Assembly (NCBI GenBank): GCA_949358305.1
Contig: OX442314.1
Location: 24,738,001 to 24,802,000 of the forward strand
Reading direction: 5' to 3'
Origin: Strigamia acuminata
Lineage: Eukaryota
Length of the DNA: 64,000 bases
Of the stretch, positions 61,197 to 64,000 are shown piece by piece. The notes below the pieces were generated by a model, which did not search any database, had not been told where the DNA came from, and was given only the letters and a program-made list of their open reading frames with translations. A program made the translations under genes and the position numbers. Each line of letters opens with the position of its first letter. Position 1 is the stretch's first letter.

Positions 61197-62612
61197 GGGA
61201 TTTCATACTAAGGTCGAAATGAATAAGGTCGAAACGGGATTTCGACCTTATTCATTTCTACCCAAGTATCCCATCTTTGGGCGAAATGATTAAAGTCGAA
61301 TTTACGTACACCGAAATGACTAGGGTCGAAATGACTAAGGTCGAAATGCTGTTTCTACCTTATTCATGAATAAGGTCGAAATGCTGTTTCTACCTTATTC
61401 ATGAATAAGGTCGAAATGACTAAGGTTCGAAATCCTGTTTCGATCTTATTCATGAATAAGGTCAAAACTCTAAATTTTTATATGAATAAAGTCGAAACTC
61501 AAAAATTCAAAAACTTAAAAACATGATAATTTCCCCTGAGAATCTCGTGTCTTCTCTCTTTTTCCATGACGCCAAGTGTTCGTTTCTAACATACGAAAAC
61601 GTCTAATGAACGTTTTGGCAATGGGTCAAATTGGCGATTGCGTGAAAATGCGAGAAAACACGATTAAAACTGAAAACAAGCGTAAAAAATAGTAAGAAAC
61701 TCTATTAAAACTGGAAAAACACGTAAAAGATGATAAAACACCGGTTAAAACCGAAAAAAATAATAAAAACCATGAAAAACTGATTAAAACTTGAAAAAAA
61801 CCTGAAAAATCATAAAAAAAACCGGGAAAAAATGGGAAAAAAACATTAAAAACCTTAAAAAACGGTTTAAAAATGAAAAAAACCTTAAGAAATAATAAAA
61901 AAAATGATAAAAACGAGTTAAAACGAGGTGAAAAACATGAAAAACCGAACAAAAAATAGCGTCGATGTGCTGCAGTGAAGCACCGGGTAAATGCGCTAAG
62001 CAGCCTGCCGGCGCGCATTTCTTAACAGACACGGTGTTTTGGGCCGTGTTTTTTGCATTGTTTGATCAGGCCAGTGTGTACACACTTTATAATGCCAATT
62101 AACATTCAAAAAAAAATTAAATTAATACCACAATAAAAAGAACTTTATTTAGGTGAAAATGAGGTTACTTTATTACTTATTTACAAAATAAATGAGAAAA
62201 ATAAGAAATAGTTTCTTCTAGAAGCTCTGGTTTCCTGAAATATAAAACATGTGATAAAAAACATTTCTTAGATTGTGATTAGAGAAAGAGAGAAGACACG
62301 AGATTCTCAGGGGAAATTATCATGTTTTTGAGTTTTTGACTTTCGACTTTATTCATATTTAGAGTTTTGACCTTATTCATGAATAAGGTCGAAATTACAT
62401 ATGCTGAAATGACTAGGGTCGAAATGACTAAGGTCGAAATCCTATTTCGATCTCATTCATGAATAAGGTCGAAATGACTAAGGTCAAAATCCTGTTTCGA
62501 TCTTATTCATGAATAAGGTCGAAATTACATATACAGAAATGACTAAGGTCGAAATGACTAAGGTCGAAATCCGGTTTCGACCTTATTCATTTCGACCCAA
62601 GTATCCCATCCC
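61197..62612. mobile_element. Foldback-like element with modular repeat arms (Mutator- or Merlin-like)
   Basis: GGGAT...ATCCC termini, 8-bp TSD GCAATAAT. Arms built of TAAGGTCGAAAT units. Inner inverted repeat ~61460-61563 / 62283-62385. Confidence 0.8.
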
Positions 62613-63578
62613 GCAATAATTTAGCGGCTACCTATCCTAAGGTTCTTGTGGCCTGTTCAGCATTTAAAAATGGCCACAAATCACTAAGGTATTACGTTTA
62701 TTGACTTGGTAATCTCGAAAGACAGTTTCGATACGCAGGAAATGTTGCCAAACATTATTATTTTGAAGAATATTTATTTATTTTTTCCCGCATTCTTACG
62801 TGCAATCGCTAATTGCTTCAAATGGGGAGTTGCCATGGTGAATGAAGGTTGCTCACATGGTTCAGAGGATATGCTACATCCTGTGAGAGGAAAATTTGCC
62901 CTAGAAATCCAATCACAAGCCAAACTTTGAAATGAAACCACACAAAATACTCTTGTTCCTGTCAACCAAAAATACAACAAATACTGGACAACCTGATCCA
63001 CCGTTTTCACCGTTTGACTCTTGTGAAAGTGATCTGCAATCCAACCAAATTTCGCTTATATGGTCTCTCGGATTCAGTGGATTTTTATCTGCATAGTCTC
63101 AACTACTCGTTTCCAAGGAAATGCATCTTGGGCCACTTCTTCATTTTGATTCTCTGCACCGCTCGTATCTCTTCTCAGCTTTTTACATGTCGAAAATGTA
63201 GGAAATTGGCCTAAATTTCAACAAATTTTCCCAGATTTTAGTAATAATCTTCAGAATATCAAGAAAACTTGAATTTCAGGCCCAAATTCCAACATAATTA
63301 TTCATCCAGGTGTTTCACTTTTTGACTGTAATTCCAAAAACCTGGAAAACCCATGTCCAACGGCATGCAGCTTAAAGCGGGGTAATACGGTAATCACTCT
63401 TCTCTTTCCAAGTAGTGGTTAACTAATACCTACATGGAAACATCACAAGTTTTAATCCCACTTTAAGATGTCTTTCCAGTTGCCACAACTGAATTCACAA
63501 TCACAGCACATTAAGTGTAGTATACACCAACACAACTTCAAGATATCCGAAAAAACAATTAGAACCAGATTTTCACTA

Positions 63579-63979
63579 TTTAACACTAGAACGGCTAGAC
63601 CGGTCAAAATGACCAACACAGCTGTTTAAAACAGCTGTAGCAATAAACCAAATGGGTTTCCAATAGCCTTTTTTTTCAGCAAACGTGGCATTTTACTTAA
63701 AGAAGAATAAAAAAAGAATTAACCTATACTCTTGTTCGACTCAAGAGTGTACCCTTCTCCCATTGGCCGAGCCGCATTACTCCTAACTCCAGTCTGTATT
63801 ACCATAGAGCAAAGAATCTATGGTATTACTACTACTAGGAGAAGTAGTTCTTATTATTATTGTTACTACATTTTCGGATCACTACACCAGTGATACGTCG
63901 GCCAATGGGAGAAGGGTACACTCTTGAGTCGAACAAGAGTATAGAACGACTGAAACCGATCAAAATGATCGGTCAAAAT
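63579..63979 (+). mobile_element. Two piggyBac-like left termini in tandem, the second split by a MITE
   Basis: TTAACACTAGAACGGCTAGACCGGTCAAAATGACC at 63580 and TTAACC[TA-MITE]TAGAACGACTGAAACCGATCAAAATGATCGG from 63719. Both resemble TTAA|CCCTAGAA piggyBac ends. Confidence 0.55.
63727..63941. mobile_element. Short MITE related to family A
   Basis: Perfect 44-bp TIR TACTCTTGTTCGACTCAAGAG...CCATTGGCCGA, TA flanks. Shares internal CTAACTCCAG.CTGTAT, ACTACTAGGAGAAGTAGTT and CGGATCACTACACCAGT with family A. Confidence 0.88.
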
Positions 63980-64000
63980 AACAAACGATACGTGCACAAT

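Noticed and set aside
61197..62612. CRISPR-like look of recurring palindromic TAAGGTCGAAAT units
   Set aside because: No unique spacers of constant length, no cas genes, eukaryotic context, and bounded by a TSD.

Overview
AT-rich, repeat-dense invertebrate (metazoan) genomic DNA; no rRNA, tRNA or CRISPR array was found. One host gene can be reconstructed on the minus strand from four coding exons with consistent splice phases (30568-30466, 27585-27435, 7298-7096, 4207-2094). It encodes an 856-aa type I membrane protein: signal peptide, about 5 CUB domains, LDLa, transmembrane helix and short tail. Its 20-kb second intron and the upstream region are filled with transposons. These include a recently inserted 2.6-kb Ty3/gypsy-type element with only an open Gag-protease ORF, a related solo LTR, a decayed Penelope-like element, an intact Bel/Pao retrotransposon with apparently identical LTRs, and many nested MITEs (Tc1/pogo-, Harbinger-, hAT-, Mutator/Merlin- and piggyBac-like). 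Several insertions are confirmed by empty-site paralogues inside the window. Seven unrelated minisatellites share a ~10-11 bp A/T-tract phasing. All calls were made by eye, without database searches.
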